In this document: piece by piece, positions 62,603-64,000 of the stretch | How the letters are laid out: every line of letters starts with the position of its first letter | Numbering within the stretch: position 1 is the first letter of the stretch | NCBI GenBank assembly: GCA_963826785.1 | Contig: CAWGYD010000003.1 | Span: 320,001-384,000, forward strand | Length of the DNA stretch: 64,000 nucleotides | Direction: 5' to 3' | DNA from: an uncultured delta proteobacterium | GTDB lineage: Bacteria > Desulfobacterota > Desulfobacteria > Desulfobacterales > Desulfosalsimonadaceae | The notes under the pieces: generated by a model | The model's input: only the letters and a program-made list of their open reading frames with translations | Database searches by the model: none | What the model was told of the DNA's origin: nothing | Program-made: the position numbers and the translations under genes

Positions 62603-63586
62603 TTATCCATAGATGGCGTCTAAAGCTTGTGCCACCGGCAGGATCGATTCGATGGCGCCGCAATAGCGACTTGATTCCGACAGCTGCCGAATCCAGCAGA
62701 GGGCGGCCCGCCCGCCCCAGGCATCCGGCCCTTCATGCAGAATTTCGCTTTGGGTGCCGTCAAACCGCTCCGCCTTGAAGTCGTAGAACGAGCCGTTGAC
62801 GTTTTTAAAGGACAGCCCGCCGCCGGTGCCATAAAATACGGCGGAAATCACCGCATCCCTGCCCGCGGGGAGCCGCCAGGAGCAGGCCAGGTTCACCACC
62901 GTGCCGCAGGACAGGTCCAGGCGGGCGGCGGCATAATCCTCCACCGCGCCGGCAGAACCGTTCAAGGGGTTTCCGCCCGCATACAAACGGCTGGACACCC
63001 CGGTGATCTCAGGGCAGCCGAGCACCCACAGGGCCAGGTCCACCAGGTGAATGCCCAGATCCATCACGCACCCGCCGCCGGATTCGGACTTTTGATAATA
63101 CCAGGGCTTGTCCGGGCCGTAGGCGTTGTGAAACACCAGGTCAGCGGCATACACCTTCCCGATGTCGCCGGCCGCGATCTGCTCCCGGATGGCCTCGATG
63201 CCGGCCGTGTGCCGGTAGCAAAGATCCACTCCCAGCAGCCGGTTTGCATCCTTCGCCGTTTCCACCACCCGGCGGGTTTCATCCGCATTGCGCCCCAGGG
63301 GTTTCTGGCAGAATACGGCCTTTCCCGCTGACAGCGCCGCCATGGACTGGGGCGCATGAAGGGCGCTCGGGGTGGCAATCACGATGCCGTCGATATCCAG
63401 ACCCAGCAGGTCTTCCAGGCCTTCGGCCGAAGCCGCATGGGGGTGGACGGTCAGGGCCGCATCCAGAGCCTTTGCATCTTCATCCGCGACGGCCGAAATT
63501 TCGGCACAACCGCTTTCGGCAATGGCGGCCATGCGGTTCCTGCCGATCCAGCCCGCACCCAGAAAGCCGATTCTTGCCTTATTCAA
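62603..63586 (-). CDS. Gfo/Idh/MocA family oxidoreductase
   Basis: GAGWIG, IATPSALH, FCQKP, GGGCVMDLGIH. Confidence 0.9.
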   Translation of the reverse strand: MNKARIGFLGAGWIGRNRMAAIAESGCAEISAVADEDAKALDAALTVHPHAASAEGLEDLLGLDIDGIVIATPSALHAPQSMAALSAGKAVFCQKPLGRNADETRRVVETAKDANRLLGVDLCYRHTAGIEAIREQIAAGDIGKVYAADLVFHNAYGPDKPWYYQKSESGGGCVMDLGIHLVDLALWVLGCPEITGVSSRLYAGGNPLNGSAGAVEDYAAARLDLSCGTVVNLACSWRLPAGRDAVISAVFYGTGGGLSFKNVNGSFYDFKAERFDGTQSEILHEGPDAWGGRAALCWIRQLSESSRYCGAIESILPVAQALDAIYG

Positions 63587-63702
63587 AACGGGTTCGGCCG
63601 GACTTTCAATGATTCCATAGGGGTTATCTCTTTTCTTTCTTTTGGATCACTTCACTCGGCAAACGGTTTAAACGACCTCATTTTTTTGCTTCCGCCCGTC
63701 CG

Positions 63703-63734
63703 AACACCCCCCTGACCCCCCTCAAGGGGGGAAT
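63703..63734. repeat. REP-like hairpin
   Basis: AACACCCCCCTGACCCCCCTCAAGGGGGGAAT. Confidence 0.82.
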
Positions 63735-63806
63735 AAAAGAGGGGGGTGCCCCTCGCGGCTAAAAAGTTATTTATTGCAAAAACACCGCCCGGCGGGGGGA
63801 AGCGTT

Positions 63807-64000
63807 TTAAAAAACAATCAAAGCCTTTAAAAAACCTTCCGGCCGCTGCTGCATGGCCCGGAAGGCCTGTTCGATATTCTCGATTTCAAAGCGGTGCGTG
63901 AACAGGGGGAAGGGGTCCAATTGATTATCTGCCACTGCCGCCACTGCGGACTGCACCCCCCGGACATACATTCCGGGATCGCGTTCATGGGCGCAGACCA
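63807..64000 (-). CDS. C-terminal fragment of a zinc-binding (MDR) dehydrogenase (partial)
   Basis: Manual translation VCAHERDPGMYVRG...LFTHRFEIENIEQAF...GFLKALIVF*. Confidence 0.7.
   Translation of the reverse strand, partial: VCAHERDPGMYVRGVQSAVAAVADNQLDPFPLFTHRFEIENIEQAFRAMQQRPEGFLKALIVF

Noticed and set aside
1..64000. Autonomous transposase, integrase, reverse transcriptase, rRNA or tRNA
   Set aside because: No matching motifs were recognised by eye; a covariance-model and HMM scan would be needed to exclude them fully.

Overview
GC-rich bacterial window, plausibly from a Desulfobacterota-like organism (inferred from gene content only). Coding content: (i) a general-stress-type block (PfpI, LigD, AI-2E transporter, Zn-ADH, FAD/Rieske oxidoreductase, MRJP-family protein); (ii) kaiC-kaiB-kaiB with a hybrid kinase; (iii) a NosL/ABC/Cys-rich membrane protein module with no nosZ; (iv) a CheB-CheR fusion with a second hybrid kinase; (v) radical SAM and redox genes including arsS; (vi) a 14-kb alternative complex III plus cbb3 oxidase operon; (vii) two tandem toxin-antitoxin pairs; (viii) a CgeB-type glycosyltransferase/methyltransferase cluster ending in an ASRT-family gene. 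Many intergenic spaces hold a REP-like hairpin (ACACCCCCCnnnnCCCCCTCAAGGGGGGAAT), mostly as inverted doublets. The most striking signal is a nested mobile system. A ~250-bp element with ~19-bp terminal inverted repeats sits in the exact centre (CCTTGAGG) of the REP hairpin in all three copies. It carries a GIY-YIG nuclease cassette between inverted GTCATTCCGG palindromes: a gene 3' end in the copy cut by the window edge, and a 5' remnant in the other two. Also present are a second MITE with a 6-bp target duplication, a conserved REP-flanking motif and a telomere-like (TTAGGG) tract. Nine frameshifts are probably read errors. No rRNA, tRNA or CRISPR array was seen. All calls are by eye, without database searches.
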